Part shown: positions 40,987-51,106 of the stretch, piece after piece
How positions within the stretch are numbered: position 1 is the stretch's first letter
How the letters are laid out: each line of letters begins with the position of its first letter
Assembly (NCBI GenBank): GCA_964494645.1
Contig: CAZBSH010000001.1
Location: 52,627-116,626, forward strand
Length of the DNA: 64,000 nt
Origin: an uncultured Christensenella sp.
GTDB lineage: Bacteria; Bacillota; Clostridia; Christensenellales; Christensenellaceae
Reading direction: 5' to 3'
Translations under genes and position numbers: made by a program
Notes under the pieces: model-generated
Seen by the model: the letters and a program-made list of their open reading frames with translations, nothing else
Database searches by the model: none
Told to the model about the DNA's origin: nothing

Positions 40987-41808
40987 ATGAAAGCAAAAAA
41001 AGAGCAAAGATCACAAACAAACGAAATCGTTAATGATATGCGCACAAACGGTAATTTAGTGCTGAAACTTGCAAAAAATGATATCAAATCAAGATATGCA
41101 GGTTCTTTTTTTGGCATGGTGTGGGCATTTGTACAGCCCTTGATGACGATGCTTGTATTTTGGTTTGTGTTTCAGGTTGGGTTTAAAAACCCGCCGGTTC
41201 AGGATGTGCCATTTATCTTGTGGTTTGCAGCAGCATATATTCCATGGATATTCTTTAATGATGGAGTGATATCTTCTTCTAATTGTTTGTATGAATATCA
41301 TTATTTGGTCAAAATGATCAAATTCCCTATTGCAAACCTGCCGTTTATCAAGATACTTTCGTCCTTGTTTATTCATATATTTTTTATTGCTTTTCTGTTT
41401 ATTCTTTATGGTTTATACGGATACACTTTTAGCCCTATGTGGTTGCAGGCGTTTTATTATACGGCGTGTTTGATGTTTTTGATGGTGGGTCTTTCGTGGA
41501 TTGTATCTTCTGTTACAGTGTTCTTTAAAGATTTTGGACAGATTGTAAATATTATTTTGCAACTTGGATTTTGGGCAACACCTATTTTCTGGGCCCCTGC
41601 AAGCATGAATGCAAGTGTGGTGAATATATTACAGTATAATCCGTTGTATTATATTGTTGAGGGATACAGAGATTCGTTTATTACGGGTGTTGGATTTTGG
41701 GAAAAGGGAGCTATGAGTATCTATTTTTGGATTTTCTCGGCGGTAATTTTTGTGATAGGGATCTTCTTGTTCAAAAAATTAAAACCGCACTTTGCAGATA
41801 TTATTTAA
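40987..41808 (+). CDS. wzm: Polysaccharide ABC transporter permease
   Basis: KSRYAGSFFGMVWAFVQPL, FWATPIFW, NPLYYIVEGYR and FADII. Confidence 0.9.
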   Translation: MKAKKEQRSQTNEIVNDMRTNGNLVLKLAKNDIKSRYAGSFFGMVWAFVQPLMTMLVFWFVFQVGFKNPPVQDVPFILWFAAAYIPWIFFNDGVISSSNCLYEYHYLVKMIKFPIANLPFIKILSSLFIHIFFIAFLFILYGLYGYTFSPMWLQAFYYTACLMFLMVGLSWIVSSVTVFFKDFGQIVNIILQLGFWATPIFWAPASMNASVVNILQYNPLYYIVEGYRDSFITGVGFWEKGAMSIYFWIFSAVIFVIGIFLFKKLKPHFADII

Positions 41809-41827
41809 CCATATAAGAGGAGTTTTT

Positions 41828-43099
41828 ATGGGTGAACCTGTTGTAAAAATTGATAATTTAAGTAAGATATATAAATTGTATGATAAGCCGATCGATAGGC
41901 TTAAGGAATCGTTGAGCCTGACGAGGAAAAATTATCATAAAGATTTTTATGCCTTGAATGATATTTCATTCGAAATTGGAAAGGGAGAAATTGTAGGTAT
42001 CATCGGAACAAATGGTTCAGGGAAATCTACATTGCTTAAAATACTCACGGGCGTACTAACCCCCAGCGGCGGGACTATTGATATCAAAGGTAAAATTGCA
42101 GCGCTTCTGGAACTGGGGGCTGGGTTTAACCCTGAATATTCCGGAATCGATAATATTTATCTAAATGGCATGGTCATGGGGTTTTCCCGGGCGGAGATGG
42201 ATAAAAAAGTTGACGATATCATTGCGTTTGCGGATATTGGAGAATATATCAATCAACCTGTAAAATCTTACTCTAGCGGTATGTTTGCGCGTCTTGCTTT
42301 TGCGGTTTCTATCAATGTTGATCCTGATATATTGATTGTTGATGAAGCGTTGTCGGTGGGAGATGTGCGTTTTCAGCAAAAATGTTATCGAAAGATGGAG
42401 GAGTTCAGGCGTAATCGTACCGTTATTTTGGTCACACATGATTTGGGAGCAGTAACGAAGTTTTCACAGCGCGTTGTTTGGATTGAAAAGGGACGGTTAA
42501 TGGATATTGGAGACCCTGTCACCATCGCAAAGCAATATCAGGCGTATTTGATGAATTCGCATGTGGAAAAGGGACAAGCGGCAGATTCGGGATCGGACGA
42601 GGAGAATACCGAAAAAGCGCAGCAGGTAAATCTGCATCCTATTACCGCGGATATGGAAAACTTTGGTGATAAAAAAGCGGAAATCACAGGAATTGGATTT
42701 CGGGATGCAGATACAGGTGAGGATTTAGAGTTTGTAATGCCCGGGCGGGACGTAACGGTTATGGTCGGGATAGAAAATCATGAACGGATTCCAAATGAAA
42801 TTGTGGGTTTTTCTGTAAAAGATAGACTGGGCAATATGATTTTTCAGACGAATACCTACGTTCTGGGAGCGGAAGTTGATACGCAAAAAGGGAAACATGT
42901 ATATGCGTTCTCATTTCGTATGCCTCTGTTAAACAGTGGCACTTATACCATCTCTCCTGCGGTAGCGGAAGGGTCGATGGAGGAACATATGCAGCACAAC
43001 TGGGTTTTTGACGCTTATATTTTTAATGTAATTCGATTTGAAGCAGGCGAGCTACAAGGCTTTGTTCGATTAAGCGACGTGGCGGTGGATGTTATCTAG
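41828..43099 (+). CDS. wzt: Polysaccharide ABC transporter ATPase with C-terminal carbohydrate-binding (Wzt_C) domain
   Basis: GTNGSGKST, YSSGMFARLAF and DEALSVGD, plus a ~170-aa C-terminal extension. Confidence 0.9.
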   Translation: MGEPVVKIDNLSKIYKLYDKPIDRLKESLSLTRKNYHKDFYALNDISFEIGKGEIVGIIGTNGSGKSTLLKILTGVLTPSGGTIDIKGKIAALLELGAGFNPEYSGIDNIYLNGMVMGFSRAEMDKKVDDIIAFADIGEYINQPVKSYSSGMFARLAFAVSINVDPDILIVDEALSVGDVRFQQKCYRKMEEFRRNRTVILVTHDLGAVTKFSQRVVWIEKGRLMDIGDPVTIAKQYQAYLMNSHVEKGQAADSGSDEENTEKAQQVNLHPITADMENFGDKKAEITGIGFRDADTGEDLEFVMPGRDVTVMVGIENHERIPNEIVGFSVKDRLGNMIFQTNTYVLGAEVDTQKGKHVYAFSFRMPLLNSGTYTISPAVAEGSMEEHMQHNWVFDAYIFNVIRFEAGELQGFVRLSDVAVDVI

Positions 43100-43120
43100 T
43101 ATAAGGAGTATGTGTTATTT

Positions 43121-46100
43121 ATGGATTTTACCGGAGAAAGGTTTATTCCGAGCATTTCGGGCGAAGAAATTGAAATTGAACATATGCAGAGGTACCATTT
43201 TGCGGCGTTGAGTGTAAAGGATAAAATCGTTCTTGACGCTGCTTGCGGAGAGGGTTATGGAAGTGCGCTTTTAGCAGAGCACGCGACCAAGGTATATGGA
43301 ATCGATATTTCTGAGGACGCTGTGGAAAATGCGCGCGAGAAATATAAATCGGAGCGCTTGGATTTTCGATGCGCGAGCATTGAAGGTATTCCGCTTGAAG
43401 ACAATAGTGTAGATTGTGTCGTATCGTTTGAAACAATAGAACATGTGGATGATAAGATACAGCATCGTTTTATGCAAGAAATTAAAAGGGTGTTGAAACC
43501 GGATGGTTTTCTGTTGATGTCGACACCCAATAAGCGGGTATATACAGACCTAGTAGCCCAGGAAAATTCATTTCATGTAAAAGAATTTTACATGCAGGAG
43601 TTTTTTGATTTCCTGCATTTGTATTTTAAGGAATATAAAATTTATTCTCAGTATTTTGAGGTTTGTTCGGTCATTGAAAACAATGGAGATATTAGCGCGA
43701 CAAAAAACAGCTCTTTTGCACAAGAAAACGCGAAATACTTTATTGCGTTATGTTCTGATGTAAACCTAAATGTTCCCTTGGAAGATTCTGTTGTGATTTC
43801 CAATCAGAATCTTTATGTGAATAATGCATTGCGTATTGTGGAGCTGCAGGGTGAAGTAGAAGAAAGAAATGCGCATATTTTTAAGTTGGATGCACATATT
43901 GCAGAGTTGTCCGCCAATATTGAAAACCTGAAAAGTGATATGCAGGGGCAGGCAGATAAGTTTACGGCAGAGAAGGACGCGTTAGTAGTAGAAAAGAGAG
44001 CATTGATAACGGAAAAAAGCAAATTATTACGCGATGTGTTGATATTTGAGGATAAGTTGCAACTTGAAAAAGAAAAATATGAAAACATGTGTATTCAAAA
44101 ACAGCAAAATTATGAGCTGTGCATGCATTATAAAGGAGTCGCAGAGGCGATTCAAAACTCCAGATCATATCGCTTGACACAAAAGTTTAGTAAAGTATTG
44201 GTACCGGTCGGTTCGCGTAGACGCGATTTTTTGAAAAGGTTTTACAGAATATTTAGACCGGGCAGTAAAGAAGCACCTCAGAAACAAAATATATATCTGC
44301 CCAAGAGAAACCATTTTGGCAAAATACAGGCACCGGAGTTTGATTTTGTCGAGGTTTCGATTGTAATACCGGTGTACAATCAATTCGAATATACCTATCA
44401 TTGTATCGATTCTATCATCAAAAATACGGCAGGAGTGAAGTATGAGATCATTGTTGCCGATGATGTGTCAAGCGACAGAACGAAAGTGATCGGGAAATAT
44501 ATCAAAAATATCAACGTAATCCGTAATGAAAAGAACTTAGGATTTCTTTTGAATTGTAATCACGCTGCAAAAGCGGCAAAAGGTGAGTATATTTTATTTC
44601 TAAATAATGATACACAAGTCGAAGAGAACTGGCTTAAGCCACTGACCGATTTAATGAAACGAGATCGGCAAGTGGGTATAGCAGGTTCACAATTGATTGG
44701 ATCAGATGGACTTTTGCAGGAAGCTGGCGGCGTTATTTGGAAGGATGCGACGGGGTGGAACTTCGGTTTAGGGAATCCTCCGGAGTTGCCGGAATATAAT
44801 TATGTAAAAGAGGTAGATTATGTTTCCGGCGCCAGTTTGATGATCCGCAAGTCGCTGTGGGAAGAGATCGGCGGGTTTGATACGCGATATGAACCTGCGT
44901 ATTTTGAGGACTCGGATTTAGCGTTCGAGGTTCGCAAACATGGCTATAAAGTGGTATATCAGCCGCTTTCTAAAGTGATTCATTTTGAAGGAGTTTCCAA
45001 CGGAACGAGTGAGGAAAGCGGGATCAAAAGCTATCAAAAGATAAATCGTGAAAAGTTTCGTGAAAAATGGAACAGCGAGTTAAAGAAGGCTCATTTTTCT
45101 AATGCACAAGATGTTTTTTATGCAAGGGATCGGAGCAGAGACAAAAAATCGGTTTTGATTATTGATCATTATGTTCCGGAATATGATAGGGATGCCGGGT
45201 CACGTACGATTTTTCAATATATCGAGATATTAACGGATATGGGATATAATGTAAAATTCTTAGGTGATAATTTTGCTGCGAAACAACCATATACAGGGAT
45301 GCTGGAGCAAATGGGGGTTGAGGTGCTCTATGGAGAGTATTATTGCCAGAATTGGAGGCAGTGGCTACAAGAGAATGGGAAATATATAGACTATGTATTG
45401 CTAAATAGACCGCATATCGCGCGCAATTATATTGATGTAATCAAGGAATATACAACGGCGAAAATAGCGTATTATGTGGTAGACTTGCATTTTTTGAGAG
45501 AACAGAGGCAATATGAAATAACCGGTAATCCGGAATTGTTGCAATCGTCGCAGATGTGGAAGCGGGTTGAACAAGACCTGATGGATAAAGCAGATGTTGT
45601 ACTTACGCTGAGTATCGATGAAAAGAAAATGATCGATGAATTGCTTGGAGAAAATAAAACCGAGATCAATCCGATCTTCTGTTATTCAGACTTTGATTTG
45701 GAGCCGCTTGACGTAAAGGGGAAAAGGGATATTTTATTTGTTGGTGGGTTTGCACACACGCCAAATGTGGATGGTGTGATTTGGTTTTTAGAGAAGATAT
45801 TGCCGGAGATTGTGAAGGAGATACCGGATATCCGATTCTTCATTGTGGGCTCGAATCCGCCGGAAGAATTGAAAAAGTACGAATCGAATCATGTCCGATT
45901 GTTGGGCTTTGTGGACGATGAGACGTTAAAGGGATTGTATCAAACATGCAGGGTATGTGTGATTCCACTTCGTTTTGGAGCAGGAATCAAGGGTAAAACG
46001 ATAGAGGCAATGTATAATGGAATATCGATTGTATCAACATCTAGTGGGATTGAAGGATTGCAGGACATTGAGCAGTATTTATGTGCTTGCGATGATGAGA

Positions 46101-46261
46101 AGCGATTTGCGGATGAGGTTGTGAGGCTGTATGCGGATGAAAGCGCTATTGTGGAAAACTATAAAAAATATCCTGCTTACGTGAAGCGCTTTTTTTCATG
46201 CGATAGTGCAAAAGCCTTTTTTGCAAAATTGTTTCCTATGAAAAAGGAGGAACGAATTTGA
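43121..46261 (+). CDS. Multidomain methyltransferase / coiled coil / GT2 / GT-B glycosyltransferase (WsaE-like polymerase-terminator)
   Basis: FTGERF..EH..RY and LDAACGEGYG (SAM-binding), a heptad-rich segment, VSIVIPVYN..FLNNDT (GT2) and FVGGFAHTPNVDG..PLRFGAGIKGK (GT-B). Confidence 0.85.
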   Translation: MDFTGERFIPSISGEEIEIEHMQRYHFAALSVKDKIVLDAACGEGYGSALLAEHATKVYGIDISEDAVENAREKYKSERLDFRCASIEGIPLEDNSVDCVVSFETIEHVDDKIQHRFMQEIKRVLKPDGFLLMSTPNKRVYTDLVAQENSFHVKEFYMQEFFDFLHLYFKEYKIYSQYFEVCSVIENNGDISATKNSSFAQENAKYFIALCSDVNLNVPLEDSVVISNQNLYVNNALRIVELQGEVEERNAHIFKLDAHIAELSANIENLKSDMQGQADKFTAEKDALVVEKRALITEKSKLLRDVLIFEDKLQLEKEKYENMCIQKQQNYELCMHYKGVAEAIQNSRSYRLTQKFSKVLVPVGSRRRDFLKRFYRIFRPGSKEAPQKQNIYLPKRNHFGKIQAPEFDFVEVSIVIPVYNQFEYTYHCIDSIIKNTAGVKYEIIVADDVSSDRTKVIGKYIKNINVIRNEKNLGFLLNCNHAAKAAKGEYILFLNNDTQVEENWLKPLTDLMKRDRQVGIAGSQLIGSDGLLQEAGGVIWKDATGWNFGLGNPPELPEYNYVKEVDYVSGASLMIRKSLWEEIGGFDTRYEPAYFEDSDLAFEVRKHGYKVVYQPLSKVIHFEGVSNGTSEESGIKSYQKINREKFREKWNSELKKAHFSNAQDVFYARDRSRDKKSVLIIDHYVPEYDRDAGSRTIFQYIEILTDMGYNVKFLGDNFAAKQPYTGMLEQMGVEVLYGEYYCQNWRQWLQENGKYIDYVLLNRPHIARNYIDVIKEYTTAKIAYYVVDLHFLREQRQYEITGNPELLQSSQMWKRVEQDLMDKADVVLTLSIDEKKMIDELLGENKTEINPIFCYSDFDLEPLDVKGKRDILFVGGFAHTPNVDGVIWFLEKILPEIVKEIPDIRFFIVGSNPPEELKKYESNHVRLLGFVDDETLKGLYQTCRVCVIPLRFGAGIKGKTIEAMYNGISIVSTSSGIEGLQDIEQYLCACDDEKRFADEVVRLYADESAIVENYKKYPAYVKRFFSCDSAKAFFAKLFPMKKEERI

Positions 46262-47118
46262 AAATAGCGGTTATGGGATGCGATGGGTTTATTGCTGCCA
46301 ATATGATTCCTAAGTTGAAAGAGGAACAGTGGGATGTATTACCTTTATCCAATACGGTATCCGATGAGATTTGTCATATCGATTTGGCAGATTTGGAAGG
46401 ATTTGATTTTAAAAAGCTTGATGACGTAGATTGTGTTGTTTTCACAGCGGCGATTTCTTCACCGGATGCGTGCGAAAAAGATTACGATTTTTGTTATCAT
46501 ATCAATGTGCGCGGGAGCCGAACTTTTATTGAAGAGGCGATCAAGCGCAATACGAAGGTATTGTTCTTTTCGAGTGACGCGGTCTATGGAAACGATTTGA
46601 AAAAACCGTTTGATGAAAATTCTGAAACGAATCCTATCTCGGCGTACGGAAAAATGAAGCGAGAAATTGAAATGAGCTTTGAAGGTGAGCCGAATTTTAA
46701 AGCAATCCGATTGTCCTATGCCTTTTCAGCAGGGGATAAATTTACAAAATATTATTTATCCTGTGTGAGAGAGCAAAAACAGGCGGAGATTTTTCACCCG
46801 TTTTATAGAAGTATGATCTGTCTGCGGGATTTGATAAGATTGGTGATTTATCTGATCAAAAATTGGGAGACAACAACACCGCAAATTTTGAATGCTTGCG
46901 GGAGTGAACTGGTGTCGCGAGTACGTGTTGCGGATTTGATCAATCGTCATCTGTCGGTGCAAGGAGAGTATATAATCTCTAAAATGCAGGGAGATTTTTT
47001 ACGGATTCGTCCGGAAATCACACAATTGAGTTCGCTCTATCTGCCGGATATTTTTGAAGACTACTATGAACCGTTTGATGTGAAAGCTTTACATGAAATT
47101 AAAAATATATTATTCTAA
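46258..47118 (+). CDS. RmlD-like SDR, probable GDP-4-keto-6-deoxy-heptose reductase (DmhB-like)
   Basis: GCDGFIA, AAISSPDACE, SSDAVYG and YGKMK. Adjacent to heptose genes. Confidence 0.65.
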   Translation: MKIAVMGCDGFIAANMIPKLKEEQWDVLPLSNTVSDEICHIDLADLEGFDFKKLDDVDCVVFTAAISSPDACEKDYDFCYHINVRGSRTFIEEAIKRNTKVLFFSSDAVYGNDLKKPFDENSETNPISAYGKMKREIEMSFEGEPNFKAIRLSYAFSAGDKFTKYYLSCVREQKQAEIFHPFYRSMICLRDLIRLVIYLIKNWETTTPQILNACGSELVSRVRVADLINRHLSVQGEYIISKMQGDFLRIRPEITQLSSLYLPDIFEDYYEPFDVKALHEIKNILF

Positions 47119-47153
47119 GGTAAATATGATAAGGACAAAGGAGAGATAGAAAA

Positions 47154-48164
47154 ATGGCTACGGCTTTTATAACCGGGATAACCGGTATGGTAGGATCGCA
47201 CTTGGCGGATTATTTGATTGCGAACACAGATTGGGATATTTGTGGATTGATTAGGTGGAGAAGTCCTCTTGACAATATCAGCCACTTGATCGAAGATATC
47301 AACAATAAGAAACGGATCAGGCTGGTGTATGGAGACCTAAACGATGTGGTGTCTTTAGAGCATGCCGTAGAGCAGGCAAAGCCGGACTATGTTTTTCATC
47401 TGGCGGCGCAAAGTTTTCCGCGCACTAGTTTTGAAGCGCCTATTGATACAATGAATACCAATATTCTGGGAACGAGCAGGCTACTGGAAGCGATTAAGAA
47501 ATCTTCCTATCACCCGGTGATTCATGTTTGTGCTTCATCTGAGGTTTTTGGGCGTGTTCCAAAAGAGAAGCTGCCAATCAATGAAGAATGCACATTCCAT
47601 CCGGCTTCACCCTATGCGATTTCTAAGGTCGGAACAGATTTGCTGGGAAGGTATTATGCGGAAGCTTATGATATGACAGTGATGACAACGCGTATGTTTA
47701 CGCATACGGGACCGAGACGTGGCGATGTATTTGCGGAATCGACGTTTGCAAAGCAGATTGCTATGATCGAAAAGGGAATCATTCCGCCTGTTGTCAAAAC
47801 AGGGAATTTGGATTCGTTGCGTACATGGGCAGATGTTCGCGATGCAGTGCGCGCTTATTATATGTTGGTGACTGTCAATCCGATCCCGGGTGAGTATTAC
47901 AATATTGGCGGTGCGTATACATGTTCGGTACGCGAAATGCTGGATACGCTTGTTTCGATGTCTACGGCGAAAGATAAGATAAAAGTTGAGACGGACCCTG
48001 AAAGGCTTCGCCCGATCGACGCTGATCTGCAGGTGCCGGATACCACAAAATTTAAAGAGCACACAGGATGGCAACCTGAAATACCTTTTGAAACGACGAT
48101 GAAAGATCTTCTGAACTATTGGCGTGGACGTGTCGCGCATGGGGATAAGTTTTTGACCAGGTAA
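47154..48164 (+). CDS. GDP-mannose-4,6-dehydratase-like enzyme, probable GDP-heptose 4,6-dehydratase (DmhA-like)
   Basis: ITGITGMVGSHL, HLAAQS, ASPYAISK and HTGPRRGDVFAES. Confidence 0.8.
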   Translation: MATAFITGITGMVGSHLADYLIANTDWDICGLIRWRSPLDNISHLIEDINNKKRIRLVYGDLNDVVSLEHAVEQAKPDYVFHLAAQSFPRTSFEAPIDTMNTNILGTSRLLEAIKKSSYHPVIHVCASSEVFGRVPKEKLPINEECTFHPASPYAISKVGTDLLGRYYAEAYDMTVMTTRMFTHTGPRRGDVFAESTFAKQIAMIEKGIIPPVVKTGNLDSLRTWADVRDAVRAYYMLVTVNPIPGEYYNIGGAYTCSVREMLDTLVSMSTAKDKIKVETDPERLRPIDADLQVPDTTKFKEHTGWQPEIPFETTMKDLLNYWRGRVAHGDKFLTR

Positions 48165-48181
48165 GCGAATAAGGAGAGGTT

Positions 48182-49213
48182 ATGGTTTTCAGATCAAAGG
48201 CTCCATTAAGGCTCGGCTTTGCGGGTGGAGGAACGGATGTTTCTCCTTATTGTGACGAGTACTCCGGATGTGTATTGAATATCACGATTAATCTGTATGC
48301 GTATTGTACGATCGAGCCGCTTGAAAACGGCAGGATCGAGTTTGTGGCACCGGATAGAAACGAACGTTTTGAAGGAAACAGTGTGCCGCAGCTTGTGGTA
48401 GACGGAGAACTACCGCTGCATAAAGGCTTGTATAATAGGATTGTCAAGGATTACAATAACGGTCAACCACTATCTTTTCGAATGACCACATATTCAGACG
48501 CGCCGGCGGGAAGCGGACTGGGGTCTTCTTCAACAATGGTCGTCGCGATGCTTAAGGCATATATGGAATGGCTTAATCTGCCGCTGGGAGAATACGACAT
48601 GGCATCTCTTGCGTATATTGTAGAGCGGAAGGATGTGGGGCTGTCGGGTGGAAAACAAGACCAATATGCGGCAACCTTTGGAGGTCTTAATTTTATTGAA
48701 TTTTATGACAATGACAGAGTGATTGTCAATCCGTTAAGGATTAAAAACTGGATTAGGAATGAATTGGAAAATTCGTTGGTTCTTTATTATCTGGGTGTAT
48801 CACGTGATTCGGCGCATATTATTGATGAGCAGATGCGGAGTACAAGCAAAAAGGGAACAAAAAATCTAGAAGCCATGCATGAACTCAAAAAATCCGCCTA
48901 TGTCATGAAGGAGGCAATTCTGAAAGGAGACTTTGATTCGTTTGCAGCGTGTTTGCGAAGTGGATGGGAATCGAAGAAGAGGACCTCATCGGTCATAAGC
49001 AGTCCGGAGATTGAGCGCGCTTATGATTTTATTATGCATAACGGTGGGAAGGCGGCAAAAATTTCAGGAGCCGGCGGCGGCGGGTTTATGATGATTATCT
49101 GTGATCCCAAAAATCGTATGCATTTGGAACAAAAGCTGAGCGAACTGGGAGGCAAGGTATATATGCCGAGCTTTACGGAAAAGGGAACGCAGGCATGGAC
49201 TTTGTACGAATAA
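48182..49213 (+). CDS. hddA: D-glycero-alpha-D-manno-heptose-7-phosphate kinase
   Basis: [17 protein letters not shown] motif [17 protein letters not shown] and GAGGGG. Confidence 0.9.
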   Translation: MVFRSKAPLRLGFAGGGTDVSPYCDEYSGCVLNITINLYAYCTIEPLENGRIEFVAPDRNERFEGNSVPQLVVDGELPLHKGLYNRIVKDYNNGQPLSFRMTTYSDAPAGSGLGSSSTMVVAMLKAYMEWLNLPLGEYDMASLAYIVERKDVGLSGGKQDQYAATFGGLNFIEFYDNDRVIVNPLRIKNWIRNELENSLVLYYLGVSRDSAHIIDEQMRSTSKKGTKNLEAMHELKKSAYVMKEAILKGDFDSFAACLRSGWESKKRTSSVISSPEIERAYDFIMHNGGKAAKISGAGGGGFMMIICDPKNRMHLEQKLSELGGKVYMPSFTEKGTQAWTLYE

Positions 49214-49229
49214 AAGGAGAAAACATTTT

Positions 49230-49814
49230 ATGAAAAGTTATATCAAAAAGCAGATCGCAGATTCGATTGAAGTAAAGCAGGCACTTTTAGATAGTGAAGA
49301 AATCGTTCAGGCGATAGAAGACGTTGCAAAAAAGATGATTGATGTCTATAGAAGCGGTGGAAAGGTATTGATTGCGGGAAATGGTGGCAGCGCAGGGGAT
49401 GCGCAGCATATGGCAGGCGAACTGATCAATCGGTTCTATTTTGATAGAAAAGGTTTGCCATGTATTGCTCTGACGACAGATACTTCGACTATGACGGCAA
49501 TATCCAACGATTATAGCTTTGATATTGTATTTAGAAAGCAAATTGAAGCGAATGGAAATGCGGGAGATATGTTTTTTGGGATATCTACGTCGGGCGGAGC
49601 AAACAATATTATGGAAGCAGTGGCTGAAAGCCGTGAAAAAGGTATGGTTACGGTATGCATGACGGGTGCTAAGCCGTGTGCTTTGCACGATGCATGTGAT
49701 TATGCTTTAAAAGCACCGTCGCAAGAAACCCCCAGAATACAAGAGTGTCACATTCTGATGATACATATGATTTGTGCCATTGTGGAGCGGGAAATTTTTG
49801 GAGAGGGTTTCTGA
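49230..49814 (+). CDS. gmhA: Sedoheptulose-7-phosphate isomerase
   Basis: GNGGSAGDAQH, ISNDY, ISTSG and PRIQECH. Confidence 0.93.
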   Translation: MKSYIKKQIADSIEVKQALLDSEEIVQAIEDVAKKMIDVYRSGGKVLIAGNGGSAGDAQHMAGELINRFYFDRKGLPCIALTTDTSTMTAISNDYSFDIVFRKQIEANGNAGDMFFGISTSGGANNIMEAVAESREKGMVTVCMTGAKPCALHDACDYALKAPSQETPRIQECHILMIHMICAIVEREIFGEGF

Positions 49815-49816
49815 AA

Positions 49817-50512
49817 TTGAACACGGCGATTATCTTAGCGGGAGGCTTTGGAACAAGACTACGACACATATTGCCGGATGTGCCTAAGCCAATGGCAGAT
49901 ATAAACGGGAAACCTTTTTTAGAGTATATTTTGCTTGACTTGTTAAAAAATGGTATTCAAACAGGCATTCTGGCAACCGGATATAAACGTGAAGTGATTA
50001 AAGAATATTTTGGCAGCGCGTATTGCGGTATGGAGCTTCTTTACTCAGAAGAAACGACCCCTTTGCTCACAGGTGGTGCAATTAAAAAGGCGCTGAGCCT
50101 AACAGGGGAACAGCAAGTATTTGTTATAAACGGAGATACGTATTTTTCGCCGGATTTGCAAGCGATGCGCGAAAGCTATTTCGAAAAAGAAGCAGAACTG
50201 ATGGTAGCGTCTAAATTGATGTTTGATTTCGAGCGTTATGGAACATTAGAAACGGATATCAACAACAGGATATTGTGTTTTCAGGAAAAAAAACCTATGC
50301 GGCAGGGATACATCAATGGCGGTGTTTATTTAATGGATAGAGGTTTGCTCGATCATATCGATCAAACAGCTTTTTCATTTGAATCGGATTTTATGGAAAA
50401 GGAAGTAGCGCGGCGACAGTTTTTTAGTTTTCCAAGTGATGGCTATTTTATTGACATCGGTGTCCCGGAGGATTATGACAAAGCGCGTCGAGAGATGAAT
50501 TTTTGCTTATGA
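49817..50512 (+). CDS. hddC: Heptose-1-phosphate guanylyltransferase
   Basis: IILAGGFGTRL..PKPMA, INGDT and FIDIGVPEDY. TTG start. Confidence 0.85.
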   Translation: MNTAIILAGGFGTRLRHILPDVPKPMADINGKPFLEYILLDLLKNGIQTGILATGYKREVIKEYFGSAYCGMELLYSEETTPLLTGGAIKKALSLTGEQQVFVINGDTYFSPDLQAMRESYFEKEAELMVASKLMFDFERYGTLETDINNRILCFQEKKPMRQGYINGGVYLMDRGLLDHIDQTAFSFESDFMEKEVARRQFFSFPSDGYFIDIGVPEDYDKARREMNFCL

Positions 50513-51009
50513 AAAGGGCGTTGTTCTTGGATCGTGACGGCACGATCAATTTTGATTATCACTATGTACATTCAGCAGATCAGTTTGTTTTTATTCCGGG
50601 TATTGTTGAGTTGATTAAAAAATTCAATGAGGCCGGCTGGCTGGTTATTGTCGTTACGAACCAGGCCGGCGTGGCGCGTGGTTACTATGACGAAAAAACA
50701 GTGCAAGATCTGCATCGATGGGTAGATCGGCAGTTGGAAAAGCAAAATGCTCGTATTGATGCATGGTATTATTGTCCGCATCATCCGGAATATGGGGTGG
50801 GAAAATATAAAAAAGAATGTCATTGCAGAAAGCCGGATACGGGAATGATCGAAGAGGCGATGAGGGATTTTGATATTGATATACCGCATTCGATCATGTA
50901 TGGTGACAAACCATGGGATGTGGAATGCGGTGAGCGTATGGGGATGAAAGGGATTCTGTTTGAAGGCGAAAAACACGAATTTGACTGTCTCGATGCATAT
51001 ATGGTATAA
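50509..51009 (+). CDS. gmhB: Heptose-1,7-bisphosphate phosphatase (HAD)
   Basis: FLDRDGTIN, TNQAG and CPHHP..CHCRKP. Confidence 0.92.
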   Translation: MKRALFLDRDGTINFDYHYVHSADQFVFIPGIVELIKKFNEAGWLVIVVTNQAGVARGYYDEKTVQDLHRWVDRQLEKQNARIDAWYYCPHHPEYGVGKYKKECHCRKPDTGMIEEAMRDFDIDIPHSIMYGDKPWDVECGERMGMKGILFEGEKHEFDCLDAYMV

Positions 51010-51106
51010 GATTAGCGGGAATACTGCATAAAAGTATTGATTTATTGAATAATATGTGTATAATTATACATAAAGAATTTTAAATATTAGATTTCTGGAG
51101 GAAAAC

